A stretch of 64,000 nucleotides of DNA from a virus, in the IMG/VR virus record IMGVR_UViG_3300027858_000005, positions 3 to 64,002 of that record, one strand, 5' to 3'. Below are positions 26,762 through 36,858 of this stretch, in pieces (position 1 is the first letter of the stretch; the number at the start of each line of letters is the position of its first letter). The translations under genes and the position numbers were made by a program. Below the pieces are notes generated by a model. The model was not told the DNA's origin. It saw only the letters and a list, made by a program, of their open reading frames with translations, and searched no databases.

Positions 26762-26979
26762 CGCGACAGTATAAAAGATTCACATATTTTTCGCCCAGCT
26801 ATTTTGACAACAATGCACGCTTCGTAAATATCGCGCTCGGTTCCGTCAAGCCCGAAGTACATCAGCACTAGACACTTGAACCCGGCGTCGGCTTCTTCCC
26901 GGGTCGAGTCCGGCAAGGCGTCGAAAAATTCTTTCGCTGCCGTGTCGAACTCGCTGCGTGTTGCGGTAAGTGTAGCCAT
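26758..26979 (-). CDS. Hypothetical protein
   Basis: Coupled overlaps. Confidence 0.6.
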   Translation of the reverse strand: MATLTATRSEFDTAAKEFFDALPDSTREEADAGFKCLVLMYFGLDGTERDIYEACIVVKIAGRKICESFILSR

Positions 26980-27419
26980 CAGATTTCCGTCATCAGGTTC
27001 AAGTTGTCTGCAACCAAACCGTACATCGATTTCACTTGCAACTGGTGGTTGCGACCGTCGCCCTTGTAAAGACTGTCGGTATCTTTCACCAATGCTTCGA
27101 ACTTTTCCAATGCTTCTTCTTTCGAGTCAGCCCGGATCACTTTCGACAAATGGTACGTCGCATCTTCAACGTGAAGTTCGACATCGATCAAGTAAGCGTT
27201 GCCGATGGTCAGCGGTCGCGTGTCGTGCTTGACGATCATGTCGGCAGTGAAGAACAATGGCGGGTTCGGCGATTCAAGCGTGTGATCCCACGGCGAAACT
27301 TCTTTCAACCAGTAACCTTCAGTACCACCGACCAGTTCAACGCCTTTTGATTCGACGCGAAAAATTCCGCAGTTACGACCGGCGACGATTTCGCCGTTTT
27401 CAAATTTTTCAATATTCAT
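26979..27419 (-). CDS. Hypothetical early protein
   Basis: Hairpin plus ACTTAGAAAGGAG RBS. Confidence 0.7.
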   Translation of the reverse strand: MNIEKFENGEIVAGRNCGIFRVESKGVELVGGTEGYWLKEVSPWDHTLESPNPPLFFTADMIVKHDTRPLTIGNAYLIDVELHVEDATYHLSKVIRADSKEEALEKFEALVKDTDSLYKGDGRNHQLQVKSMYGLVADNLNLMTEI

Positions 27420-27466
27420 TTCAATTTCTCCTTTCTAAGTTTTGCCCCGTTGCCGGGGCGGTTAAG

Positions 27467-27715
27467 TTATGAATAACAATCCAGACCTAAAGCTTCGATC
27501 ATTCCTTTCGCGAGGTAATCAAGGTAATGGAAAACATCGCCGTTTTTGAAATCGATGATTACCAGTGTCTTACGAATTTGTGCATGGTAATCTTTAGCTT
27601 CGTGAATGTAGTCAACCAGCATTTCGTAAGTTAATCCGAAGTGACCTTCGATTTTAATTTCTTGGTCAAGGTCGACGCCTTTTTCGTTGATCAGTGTTTT
27701 CAGGTACTTTTTCAT
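27467..27715 (-). CDS. Hypothetical early protein
   Basis: Under P9; TLVIIDFKNGDVFHYL motif. Confidence 0.75.
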   Translation of the reverse strand: MKKYLKTLINEKGVDLDQEIKIEGHFGLTYEMLVDYIHEAKDYHAQIRKTLVIIDFKNGDVFHYLDYLAKGMIEALGLDCYS

Positions 27716-27755
27716 TTCTGTTATTTCCTTTCTTCGTTTCGTTGATGTTGTAATA

Positions 27756-27783
27756 ATTATAACAGGGTCTTACCAGAAGTCAA
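27756..27783 (-). promoter_or_regulatory. Repeated early promoter P9
   Basis: TTGACT-N16-TATAAT. Confidence 0.85.
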
Positions 27784-27826
27784 GCGTTTTGGTGAAAATA
27801 AATATAAAAAGAATTATTAAAAAAAC

Positions 27827-27854
27827 TTGACAGTTCCGATAAGTGTGTTATAAT
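27827..27854 (+). promoter_or_regulatory. Repeated early promoter P10
   Basis: TTGACA-N16-TATAAT-CTTTACAT. Confidence 0.85.
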
Positions 27855-27860
27855 CTTTAC

Positions 27861-28030
27861 ATGAATTAGGAAACAACCTGATTCGCAAACGGGTCAACCA
27901 GATGTCGCACCCGCAGCCCGCGAGGCAAAAGACTTCATCGTTATTGTAACAGCGGTTCCCTGCACCGAAGCGTAGCAGGGTCGGGACAACGAACCGACCT
28001 TGTGTGAAGACAGGCAGAATTTAGTTTTAA
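27861..28030 (+). ncRNA. Candidate structured small RNA
   Basis: Consensus promoter, no RBS, ATG-AAT-TAG only; hairpins GAATTAGG/CCTGATTC, CCCTGC/GCAGGG, GGTCGG/CCGACC. Confidence 0.55.
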
Positions 28031-28036
28031 GAAAGC

Positions 28037-28064
28037 TTGACAATTTTGGTAACACTGCTATAAT
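28037..28064 (+). promoter_or_regulatory. Repeated early promoter P11
   Basis: TTGACA-N16-TATAAT. Confidence 0.85.
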
Positions 28065-28094
28065 TATTACATTACTTAGAAAGGAGAAACAAGA

Positions 28095-28304
28095 ATGACT
28101 GTAGACATGAAAAAAGTACGCGAAGACATGGACCGCGAATGGGACATGACCGGCGAAGAATTTGATAAGTTCGACGTTGCGCAAGCAAACGACTTGAACG
28201 AAGGATGGAAAGAAATTGTCATGGAAAACGTCAACGACGACAGCGACAGGTTCTTCATTGAAGTTAACGCCGATTCAGAAGTTTGGAATTTCGAACGAAT
28301 CTAA
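28095..28304 (+). CDS. Small acidic early protein
   Basis: ACTTAGAAAGGAG RBS, followed by a GC hairpin. Confidence 0.75.
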   Translation: MTVDMKKVREDMDREWDMTGEEFDKFDVAQANDLNEGWKEIVMENVNDDSDRFFIEVNADSEVWNFERI

Positions 28305-28331
28305 AATCACCGCCCCGGTAACCCCGGGGCT

Positions 28332-28505
28332 TCATTCGTTGTGAATTTTTCTGATGTGATACGCAATGGCTAAACCGCCCGCGATGATCGCAACAAGTCC
28401 CGCGACCAAATGAACAATATTATTCCATTGCCCCAACGACAAACCAAGAAAAGTCAGCACTGATCCCCCGGCGGCGATGTCGGCGATTACGTCTTTGTTG
28501 CTCAC
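28332..28505 (-). CDS. Holin-like 2-TM protein
   Basis: Two hydrophobic segments, basic C-terminus, next to the endolysin; probable GTG at 28505. Confidence 0.6.
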   Translation of the reverse strand: MSNKDVIADIAAGGSVLTFLGLSLGQWNNIVHLVAGLVAIIAGGLAIAYHIRKIHNE

Positions 28506-28529
28506 GCTATGCCCTCGAATTAACACTGT

Positions 28530-28754
28530 TCATGACCCGTCGCCTGATTCAACATAAAATTTGAAGAAAGCAACAGCGCCAAGAACGACGGCAGCAAGAC
28601 CGCCTGATTCAGCGTAATTCACACTTGGGTTTTCCATGTACCAGCGAACAATTCTGTCCATTTGGTAAGCGTAAAACCCGCAAAGCAAAATAGGAATCGG
28701 TCGGTGAATTAATCGTTCAAAAAATGTTTTGGCAGTTTCAGTCATTGCTTCCAT
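28530..28754 (-). CDS. Holin-like 2-TM protein
   Basis: PIPILLCGFYAY and GGLAAVVLGAVAFF segments. Confidence 0.6.
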   Translation of the reverse strand: MEAMTETAKTFFERLIHRPIPILLCGFYAYQMDRIVRWYMENPSVNYAESGGLAAVVLGAVAFFKFYVESGDGS

Positions 28755-29215
28755 CCAACGCCTTCGATAAAACCAGTCCAGTTAAAACCTGCGCCCGGGT
28801 CGACCTTCCTTCCCGGGCTAATGTCACTATGCCGGACCAGACGCTTGATATCATACGCAGATAACCAGCTTTTTACAACTTCTGTAAGAGTGTCCATTTG
28901 CGCAAGGGTAACCCAGTCGGTCTTGATCGCTTCCAGAAACGTTCCGTAATTGTGGTGCCCCTCGACCAAAACTTCGACGCCCAGTGAATCAGTGTTGTAG
29001 CCCCGAGCATGGTAAGCGCCTTGATCATCGTCACGGCAAACGTACACGTCACCGTTCGGTGATATCAATGCGTGCGCCGAGTAACCCATCTTGACCAGAA
29101 AGTCACTAGCATGAATCGGGTGCGGGTCATTGATAAATTCGCCCATGCTGTGAACGACGATCATTTTCGGGGTGTTGCTGGAACTGCCGAATTCTGATGG
29201 TTCTTGAATAATCAT
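28742..29215 (-). CDS. Endolysin, N-acetylmuramoyl-L-alanine amidase (Amidase_2)
   Basis: IVVHS, SAHALI, AYHARG.N..SLGVE, HSDISPGRKVDPG. Confidence 0.92.
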   Translation of the reverse strand: MIIQEPSEFGSSSNTPKMIVVHSMGEFINDPHPIHASDFLVKMGYSAHALISPNGDVYVCRDDDQGAYHARGYNTDSLGVEVLVEGHHNYGTFLEAIKTDWVTLAQMDTLTEVVKSWLSAYDIKRLVRHSDISPGRKVDPGAGFNWTGFIEGVGWKQ

Positions 29216-29217
29216 GG

Positions 29218-29322
29218 TTAGCCCCAGACTTTACCGGAAACCCAACGATACCCGGCGACGATTTTCGACCAGACTAGCATCGTCGCGGCGAAAGCCAACA
29301 TTTTCAATTTTGCAGTATTCAT
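29218..29322 (-). CDS. 34-aa hydrophobic peptide upstream of the endolysin (not in track)
   Basis: MNTAKLKMLAFAATMLVWSKIVAGYRWVSGKVWG. Confidence 0.45.
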   Translation of the reverse strand: MNTAKLKMLAFAATMLVWSKIVAGYRWVSGKVWG

Positions 29323-29325
29323 GTT

Positions 29326-31896
29326 TTATACCCTTGTGAAATCACGTTCCCATTTGCCAGAAATAACTTCAGGACTTCCGACAACCGCTTCAATTTCGAT
29401 TCGGTACGTTTGCGCGAATGGTTGTGGTGATGCCCACGGCGAAGTAATCGGGCTGAAGTCTACAGCGTAACCTGTGACCGCCTGCGTGCCGCCTATAGGC
29501 GATGTGCCGCCCGCGTCGCTGATGCCTGTTTGATTGAACACTTCGACTTCAGGACTGACGCCAGTATGGTAAACGCGCACGTTGTACGTGTAGCCAGTTC
29601 CGGTCGCGTTTCCGTCTTCTTGGTCGGCTTGGCGGATGGTGAACGAATTCAAACGATTGCGCCAGTTAATGTTGAACGTATCGCCCAGTTCGTCGACGTC
29701 GCCCAAACGAACACCATCAATTGAAACGTTGACCGGGGCGCTGGGTCCAAGATAACGATTTGGTGTTGCTATCGAATGATATACGCCTATTTCTGGGCTT
29801 CCGGTAGGGCTTCCGTCTGGTGGGCCTTGATCACCGCCGCCGCTGTTGCTCATAAACCACGCGGAAACACTTGCCGCCGACGGATCGAGCGCCGTCACCA
29901 TTTGCCCGACTCCATACGTGAAAAACCAAAGCACTGAATTGTCGTCGTGTCTTGCAACAGCCGTGTCGAGCATCCCTCGATGCACGCCGTTTAACTGGTA
30001 CTGCCCGCCGCCAAGATCAGACAGTGATTCGAAGAACATGATTTCGTCGTCGACTAACACCAGATTCGGCGGTACTGGGTCGTCCAATTCTGAAACTACC
30101 GCGCTATCTGTAACAAGGTCGATGTCACTCGTTGCATTTATTGTGATCACGTCATTATTAAAATTGTTCGGTGACCCTTCGTTAATTTCAACAGCGCCGT
30201 CGAGCAAGCCCGCCGGGGTGAACGGCGAAACTTGTTGGTCGAATGTGAATCCGGTTCGAACTTGCGAAACAGGGAATGTAGTATCTTGTTTTATATACGC
30301 GTCAAACGAAACCTGCGTACCGTTCGCCCGGGCCGCGAGTAATCCGATTTGCTGTATGGTGTTCACGTCTTGATACCCTAGCGGCAACAAGAACAATCGA
30401 GCGGCGCTAACGTTCACGGGGTCGTCTTGAATCGGTGTCCACAAGCTATCTGTCGGGTCTGCGAAGCTTGGCAACTCGACCCTGAAAATATCTTCGACCC
30501 AGTCATAAATAATTTCGTTCGACTCTGCTGTCCCCAGCGAAATCTTTATGATGCGAACAACAAGGTCTTCGATTTCATACGGGGGCCACGTAATTCTTGC
30601 AAGGTCGCCCGGGCGCAGGGTGTAGTTCGAACGGTCAGCTTTAATCTTGCCCTTGGCGAGCGGATAAGACAACGTACGCAGGTCACGCCATGCCAAAGCA
30701 TTCGCCAATGATCGTTCTTGTACTGCTGGGTAATTAGATGTCGCGATGACGTCGTCGTTGTTTTGAATAATCTTGTTCGCCATATCTTGCGCAACAGCGA
30801 ACGACGGTTGAAAGTTTTTTTCGCGGTCGGTGAACTGAACCTTGACCTGATTCGATGTGTCAGCCCACGCACCCCGGGCAAAATCAAACGACATTATATT
30901 CGTTTCATTGAACACGGGGATATCAGACAGGGGCGACGGGTAGTCCGTTTCGCGGATTAACCGAAGCTGCCAAAATTTTGTAACAGCATCTTGAACAAGG
31001 AACCCGTCGACTTGCTGTTCTATTTCTGTCAACAGTTCAACCGCTTGCATACCACGGTCAAGGATTCTGGCGTACCCGTTGTCTTCCCCGGCGAGTACGA
31101 CGCCCGCCGCTGCCATCTGCGTGACGTCAACATTTGAAAGACCAAGACCCCATTCAGAATTCGTCATAATTTCATAAATGACGTTCGCGGGGTTTGCGTC
31201 GTTGCCGTTGACTATGGCGTTCGCGCCCAGTGAAAGACCGTCTGGAATACGGCGCATTTCAAACGACCACGGGCGCAGGTTCGGCGCGTTGCCGATGTAC
31301 ATTTTTTCAAGTACCGCGTGAATTGTGCCCCGGTAGTTCGGCAACAACGTCGCGTCGACATCTGACAAACCCGCCATGTACGACGATTGCGCTTGATTAT
31401 TTCGCCCAGCGTACAATTGAATGGTGCCGACAACGCCGCCAGAATCTTTGCCGAAGAAGTTTTTGTCGTTTAATGTGATCGCGCCTTGTTTGATCCATCC
31501 GGCGGAAGAAGGGCGAATCAGGTTGTCGTCAATCCAGATGCGGCGAATACCTTCGTCGTACCCGGGAGCCGCCACCGTGAATTCACCACGCCCCAGCATG
31601 AAATCGATGCCAATATAATATTCATGCCCGACGGTCACCTTGTCAGAACTGAACAACCCAGTTTTAACTTTTTCCTTGATTGAATTCGTTCCGAGGTCGC
31701 CGTACCACCCGATGTTCGGCCCGTTCATTCGAACGGTTCCCCAGATAATTTGAACGGCGCGACCTTCTTCAGCGGTCGGAACTTGAAAATCTCCGAGCCC
31801 GGCGGGCTTCGCGTTTTCAAGATTTGGTTTCGGGCGCAATAATTCCGTCAGCAGGAAAACCGCCGCGTACACCAATAGTGTGATAAAGAAGCCCAT
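29326..31896 (-). CDS. Tail tip / host-specificity (central fibre hub) protein
   Basis: PTAEEGRAVQIIWGT, DANPANVIYE, NQVKVQFTDR, RGMLDT; probable ATG at 31896. Confidence 0.85.
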   Translation of the reverse strand: MGFFITLLVYAAVFLLTELLRPKPNLENAKPAGLGDFQVPTAEEGRAVQIIWGTVRMNGPNIGWYGDLGTNSIKEKVKTGLFSSDKVTVGHEYYIGIDFMLGRGEFTVAAPGYDEGIRRIWIDDNLIRPSSAGWIKQGAITLNDKNFFGKDSGGVVGTIQLYAGRNNQAQSSYMAGLSDVDATLLPNYRGTIHAVLEKMYIGNAPNLRPWSFEMRRIPDGLSLGANAIVNGNDANPANVIYEIMTNSEWGLGLSNVDVTQMAAAGVVLAGEDNGYARILDRGMQAVELLTEIEQQVDGFLVQDAVTKFWQLRLIRETDYPSPLSDIPVFNETNIMSFDFARGAWADTSNQVKVQFTDREKNFQPSFAVAQDMANKIIQNNDDVIATSNYPAVQERSLANALAWRDLRTLSYPLAKGKIKADRSNYTLRPGDLARITWPPYEIEDLVVRIIKISLGTAESNEIIYDWVEDIFRVELPSFADPTDSLWTPIQDDPVNVSAARLFLLPLGYQDVNTIQQIGLLAARANGTQVSFDAYIKQDTTFPVSQVRTGFTFDQQVSPFTPAGLLDGAVEINEGSPNNFNNDVITINATSDIDLVTDSAVVSELDDPVPPNLVLVDDEIMFFESLSDLGGGQYQLNGVHRGMLDTAVARHDDNSVLWFFTYGVGQMVTALDPSAASVSAWFMSNSGGGDQGPPDGSPTGSPEIGVYHSIATPNRYLGPSAPVNVSIDGVRLGDVDELGDTFNINWRNRLNSFTIRQADQEDGNATGTGYTYNVRVYHTGVSPEVEVFNQTGISDAGGTSPIGGTQAVTGYAVDFSPITSPWASPQPFAQTYRIEIEAVVGSPEVISGKWERDFTRV

Positions 31897-31897
31897 A

Positions 31898-32746
31898 TCA
31901 GCTTTTCGTGAACTGTGATTGATTAAAAGGATTCTTCCCGGGGACCAGTGGGAAGCCGCCGAAGTTCGGAACGTTGCTGAACTTCGTCTTGCATGTGGAA
32001 ACACTGTGGTCGCAACCCTGAAACGCCGTGACGGTTTCGCCCAGTATGTCGCGGAACGGTAACAACAAAGTAAACGTGTCGCCGCTGTGCGCGATGATCA
32101 TGCGGTAATCGTTGCCTGCTTGGTTCTGCACGTACCCACCAGTAAAATCGGACCCGGTAAAACCGTTGACAGCGATGTCGTTTCCGTCGACGCCGTTGAC
32201 CGTCCCGCTTTGCTTGAATGAGTTTTTATCGACGGTGCAGAACGAATCGTAAAGAACGTGATTGCAAAGCGACTGATATTTGTAGCGGGGGATTTCTCGA
32301 CTGAACTGTTCGTTGAACGGGTTCATGTCGATTTTGCAAGTGCGCCCGCTGAACGCGATGCTGGTGACGTAACCTTCGAACAATACAAACCCGGTCGTCG
32401 GTGCGGGCGCGGGTTCTGGGGAAGGTAACGGCGAAGTAGTCGCGACTTCATCAAGCTGTATGCGGGTGATTATGCAGTCAAGTGTCAGTGCGGGTTGAAT
32501 ACCGATGTAGTCGTTGAAGGGTCGTTCAGACGCCAACGAATCAAGGTGAACTTTTGTGTTGCGGCGCTCGCGCGGGTTTTCGCTTGGCGCGCTGCGCTTT
32601 ATTTCCAGCGGTGTATATGTGGCACCGCCGAAGATTATTTCTTCCGCGTGACTGGTAAAAAAGAACGTTTCCGAGCCGTAATCAAAACGATACAAGTCTG
32701 CCGGTCTGCTGTACCGTCCGCCTTCTAATTCTGCGAAAGTGGTCAT
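31898..32746 (-). CDS. Tail tip protein, DUF2163/BR0599-like
   Basis: CNHVLYDSFC, GCDHSVSTCKTKFSNVPNFGGFP Cys cluster. Confidence 0.9.
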   Translation of the reverse strand: MTTFAELEGGRYSRPADLYRFDYGSETFFFTSHAEEIIFGGATYTPLEIKRSAPSENPRERRNTKVHLDSLASERPFNDYIGIQPALTLDCIITRIQLDEVATTSPLPSPEPAPAPTTGFVLFEGYVTSIAFSGRTCKIDMNPFNEQFSREIPRYKYQSLCNHVLYDSFCTVDKNSFKQSGTVNGVDGNDIAVNGFTGSDFTGGYVQNQAGNDYRMIIAHSGDTFTLLLPFRDILGETVTAFQGCDHSVSTCKTKFSNVPNFGGFPLVPGKNPFNQSQFTKS

Positions 32747-34629
32747 GATTGCACGTCGCCGATGAAAACGGCTTCAACTGTAGAATCGAGAACGTCGCTT
32801 TCTGCGTCTTGCCAGTCGTGGTTGATTGTGACGTCGTCAGTTGCAAGTCGCGCAAGAATCATCAGATCAACTTTGTCGACTTCAGCAACAGTCGCCGCGA
32901 ATGATGTCGCGGGTTCGATGTTAACGCGTTCTGTTGTATCGTCAATCTTCGTGACGCTCAAAATTCTGTGGTAACTGATGCTGCCGTCGGTTTTCTTTAA
33001 CCTGAGTCCGGCCCACGGTCGTTGACCGCTGACGAAATCTGACATGCCCCAGTTGTCAACGTCAAAGTTAAACGCACCGCTACCGATGTTTGCGTTTACG
33101 TTGAAGTCGTGGCGGTGTGTCGGAATCCACGCGTTGCGAAGTTTTCCGCGCAGGTAGTACAGCAAGGAACGAAGCTGCCATTCAAACTGAACACTTTCGA
33201 CAATCCAGTTGAACGGGGTTGAACGTCTGGCAGCTAGTTCTTGCGTTAACTGCTGGAACTTGCCTATACCGTAATCGATACGTTGCAGTTTCAATTCCCA
33301 GCCTTCAGCCAAGGTGCCGCCGTCGATGTTGTTTGCATCGTCAATGATCAACGTGTCGTTGCCGTCGAAGTCGGTCAGTTCTGGATACCACGCGTTGTCG
33401 ATGCCGGGTATTGTCGGGTCGTTTTCAAGCAGGTCGAACTTCATACTGTACCGCGAAGTTTCGCCCGCTTGCGGGGTGCGCTGTTTCGCGGGGGACGCCA
33501 GAATAGAAGGCACAACCGGAACCACCGTGGCAAGGCTTCCGTCGTAGGCATTCTGCACACCTGTCGCAAAAGTGATTGTGTCCTGCGTGCTTTCTGGTGA
33601 AGCGACAGACATGATTACGTCGGATATCTGCAAGCTGTCCTGCGTGATTGTGCCGTCTGGGTTTTCCTGAAAGACCATCGCCAGCCCGCCGATTCTGAAA
33701 TCAGCGTTGTCGAGCCCACCCGGGCGAACAAATACGACGGTGTCGTTTACCGCAACATCAGCGATTAATGATCGTTCAAACCACCAAAGCGGGACACCGA
33801 AAACCCGGGAAGTCCAATCAACGAGCAGGTTACGAATCTTGTTCATGTTGGCGAGTGTCGTCGATGAAATTTCATACGATACGCTTTGTCGTGGATTCGG
33901 TCGCAGGGCGTGGCGTTGTTCGCTGCCGTCGGCACTTTTGATTATATCGGTTGACCACGCAAGAACTTCTTTTGAAGCACCTTGCGGGGTGTACGGAAAT
34001 ATAATGATCCGCGTACCAGTTAACGACAGAACAAGCGTCCCGCCTGTTGTAATGAAATCAATCGTGCCGTTGATGTTTGGCGGACCGTCCGTCGTTACGG
34101 TGACGACGTAAACCTTGTCGGCGTTCGGTGCAAGGTTCGCTGGTGTGCCCGCTCCCGTGATCGTTATTCCCGCCCCGGCATTATTGTCAATACTGTTAAG
34201 CGTCTGATTATCTTTTCGGAATGTATTTTGAATAGTTGCGTTGAAAACAGTGTCACTGACCACGTTACCCAGTGCAACAACCCCGGGATTTAACAAAACT
34301 TTTTCAAAGTAATCGAATCCTACCCCTTTCATGTCCGCCGGACCAGTGCCTAAATTTTTCCACCGCCCGGTTCCGTTCGCGCCGCGTGCGCTTCGTTGCC
34401 TCCACCCAACAATATTATCTGTTGGGGTGACCAAAATATGATAACCGCGTGCGGGAATGTCAGCGGAAAAACCGAAAGTTACGGCGTCGGGAAACCGCGT
34501 CGGTTGAACGTAAACACCACGGGAAAGTTCGTGGTTTACAGAATCGTTTAAGTCTTGGTAATTCCTATGAAACGGAACTTCTGGACCCGCTTGATTTCTA
34601 TAAAGTAATGCTCCGCTTCTCGCAGCCAT
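32743..34629 (-). CDS. Distal tail / tail assembly protein
   Basis: EVLAWSTDII...GSEQRHALRPNPRQ, LRGKLRNAWIPT; Ig-like N-terminal part. Confidence 0.75.
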   Translation of the reverse strand: MAARSGALLYRNQAGPEVPFHRNYQDLNDSVNHELSRGVYVQPTRFPDAVTFGFSADIPARGYHILVTPTDNIVGWRQRSARGANGTGRWKNLGTGPADMKGVGFDYFEKVLLNPGVVALGNVVSDTVFNATIQNTFRKDNQTLNSIDNNAGAGITITGAGTPANLAPNADKVYVVTVTTDGPPNINGTIDFITTGGTLVLSLTGTRIIIFPYTPQGASKEVLAWSTDIIKSADGSEQRHALRPNPRQSVSYEISSTTLANMNKIRNLLVDWTSRVFGVPLWWFERSLIADVAVNDTVVFVRPGGLDNADFRIGGLAMVFQENPDGTITQDSLQISDVIMSVASPESTQDTITFATGVQNAYDGSLATVVPVVPSILASPAKQRTPQAGETSRYSMKFDLLENDPTIPGIDNAWYPELTDFDGNDTLIIDDANNIDGGTLAEGWELKLQRIDYGIGKFQQLTQELAARRSTPFNWIVESVQFEWQLRSLLYYLRGKLRNAWIPTHRHDFNVNANIGSGAFNFDVDNWGMSDFVSGQRPWAGLRLKKTDGSISYHRILSVTKIDDTTERVNIEPATSFAATVAEVDKVDLMILARLATDDVTINHDWQDAESDVLDSTVEAVFIGDVQS

Positions 34630-34630
34630 A

Positions 34631-35701
34631 TCACGTTGTTACCTTTTTATAGGCAAGACCATAAAGACCAGAATTTTCAAGATTGTCAGCGGTGTTGGCT
34701 GTTTGCTTTCTGGCAACAGGGAAAGCAAGCCATGTATCTGACCCTATTGTAAATTCATCACCACCTTGTAATGAACCTTCCATTGATATATTCCTTATAT
34801 CGGGGAGAACTCCAACAGGGCGATAGTTGTCGGGGCTTGAAGCCCGGTATGTTGTCCAAAGATGAATCGGGAACATGGAACGGTAACCATTGAAAGGGGA
34901 TATCCCGTTCAAATAAAGTGGATAGTGCAGTCCACCGCGCGGGCCATTCGAGAACAACGTCCCTTTCTGCCGCCCATCTGCGTCAAGTGCGCCGGAACCG
35001 GCACCGTTATCGGCAAGACTTTGTGCTACATGCCACGCGGTTTCCGGGGACTGCCTGCCCACTACATCAGGAAAACCAGTGCCGTCTAGTTGCCTTCCGT
35101 ACAGCCAAGCAGCCGCAAACCCAGAAACACTGTCCACACACATTGCGTGTTGACCAGAAAACTTATTTTCAATGAAGGATGGTGATTGGTCCCAAACAGA
35201 ACCGTAGTAATATTCACCACCAAACCATCGACCAATCTTGTTCACCGCCCCCATACCGAAATGTCTAAAATACCCGACCGCAAATTCAACAACCGCGTGC
35301 GCGTAATAGTCACTTTCAAAGAACCAATAATTTTCAAACGGGTCAGTCGGGAAACCCGTTCTAATATGCGTCGCGCCAGTGTCCGCGTATGTCGACGACG
35401 ACGTGCCGACTTCCGTTCCAAGGTTCGGGTCGCCACTACCAGAATAATCGCGCATAGGAATCATGTTAATCAGGTCGCCGTATGAACTAGAAAAACCGAC
35501 TGGCGCAAAACCACAGTACAGGTTCACCGTGTTTTCGTCTTCCGGGCTTAACTGATTTTGACGATGGATGACCCCATAGCTAGGGCTTTGACCGGCAGCG
35601 GCGTAGTCAACGTCAGCGGTCCAGCCGTTCGCCTGCAAAAAGTTGAACCATTTGGCAGTTAAATCTTCATGCCCGGTTGCGGTTCCTGTTTCAAATGACA
35701 T
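34631..35701 (-). CDS. Virion structural protein (tail)
   Basis: MSFETGTATG N-terminus shared with the neighbour; after the tape measure. Confidence 0.7.
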   Translation of the reverse strand: MSFETGTATGHEDLTAKWFNFLQANGWTADVDYAAAGQSPSYGVIHRQNQLSPEDENTVNLYCGFAPVGFSSSYGDLINMIPMRDYSGSGDPNLGTEVGTSSSTYADTGATHIRTGFPTDPFENYWFFESDYYAHAVVEFAVGYFRHFGMGAVNKIGRWFGGEYYYGSVWDQSPSFIENKFSGQHAMCVDSVSGFAAAWLYGRQLDGTGFPDVVGRQSPETAWHVAQSLADNGAGSGALDADGRQKGTLFSNGPRGGLHYPLYLNGISPFNGYRSMFPIHLWTTYRASSPDNYRPVGVLPDIRNISMEGSLQGGDEFTIGSDTWLAFPVARKQTANTADNLENSGLYGLAYKKVTT

Positions 35702-36858
35702 TACTCATTCCTCATCGCCATAAATGTCCACGCATCAGTTCTGTGCACATTCTGAAAAACTAAATTAACGGCTTCTGGGCTTTCCCCCGTATCTGTTATC
35801 GTATCTTCTGACGACAAACCACCACCACCGGGGCACCAGTAACACCCGTCAAATTCACCAAGTAATTGATTAGAGTCAGGCATGTAAACTGTCAGCGGCC
35901 AAAGAAGCGTTGTCACCGGGGAACCCACCGTTTGCAATTGTTGAATTAGCGGCGCTCCCCCCGGAGTGGTCGAAGTGTGACTGGTGTCAATACTGACTGT
36001 CGATTGTATTTCGTTGCCCCAGTCCACACCGACTGCTATATCTCTATCCGCCAGCGGCCAAACAGAAAATATACCCGCGCCGCTATCGTGCCGACCTTCA
36101 GAACTTCCCTGCGCGTAAAAGTGCTTTCCTTGATACCAGTTACCGTCTGTGAAACGAACCCACCCGGTAGATTGCGGCGTCGGGTATGGGTCAGTGTTAG
36201 CCAGCGACCCGTTGTTGTTCCCAGCCGGTGCCACAATACCAGACGACGCGTCAATTGCATTTGTGCTGAATATTCTATTTTCAAGGTGTGATGTTCCGCA
36301 CATCATCATCGGATAGGGATATTCTGCGGCGGTCGCGAAAGTGTTCAAGAACCCGAAATAAAAAGGCTGGTATGAAGAACCTGTTTTAATAACGCCCTTG
36401 ACATGTCGGTCGTCGCCCATGAACCAATACGTCATCGACACGTTTTGCAACATCAAGTAAGAAGGCGGACTTCTACCGGGCTGATCGACAAGGTTTACAT
36501 AATCCGTTATTGGTGAATTCTGCGCAAACCCGGTTAACCCGCGAAGCTGCCAATTGTAATAACCAGTCGTTGATAAACCATAGGTTTGAATTGCGAAGTA
36601 GCATGGAACTTCAGGACTAACACCGCCGGTACTTTTAAATATAATTTGGTCGTGTGTCTGGTCGTTATTGGCGGCAGCAAGCATCAGTTCACCAGAACCA
36701 CCGACCCCAATTTCTGTTTGTGGTGAAGTTTGCGCGCTTCGTTCTTCCAGCACTTCCCAGTTAAGCCCACTTTCCGGGGAACCCGTGCCCGTCAAAAATG
36801 CCTTCAGCTTTTGAAGAAGGTCGCGGTAATCTGTTGCTGTTCCTGTTTCTGTTGCCAT
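35701..36858 (-). CDS. Virion structural protein (tail)
   Basis: MATETGTATDYRDLL, LGEFDGCYW, VFQNVHRT. Confidence 0.7.
   Translation of the reverse strand: MATETGTATDYRDLLQKLKAFLTGTGSPESGLNWEVLEERSAQTSPQTEIGVGGSGELMLAAANNDQTHDQIIFKSTGGVSPEVPCYFAIQTYGLSTTGYYNWQLRGLTGFAQNSPITDYVNLVDQPGRSPPSYLMLQNVSMTYWFMGDDRHVKGVIKTGSSYQPFYFGFLNTFATAAEYPYPMMMCGTSHLENRIFSTNAIDASSGIVAPAGNNNGSLANTDPYPTPQSTGWVRFTDGNWYQGKHFYAQGSSEGRHDSGAGIFSVWPLADRDIAVGVDWGNEIQSTVSIDTSHTSTTPGGAPLIQQLQTVGSPVTTLLWPLTVYMPDSNQLLGEFDGCYWCPGGGGLSSEDTITDTGESPEAVNLVFQNVHRTDAWTFMAMRNE

Noticed and set aside
14532-27885. 10-nt complementarity (ACCTGATTCG) between the two candidate ncRNAs
   Set aside because: A 10-mer match between segments of this size is not far from chance expectation
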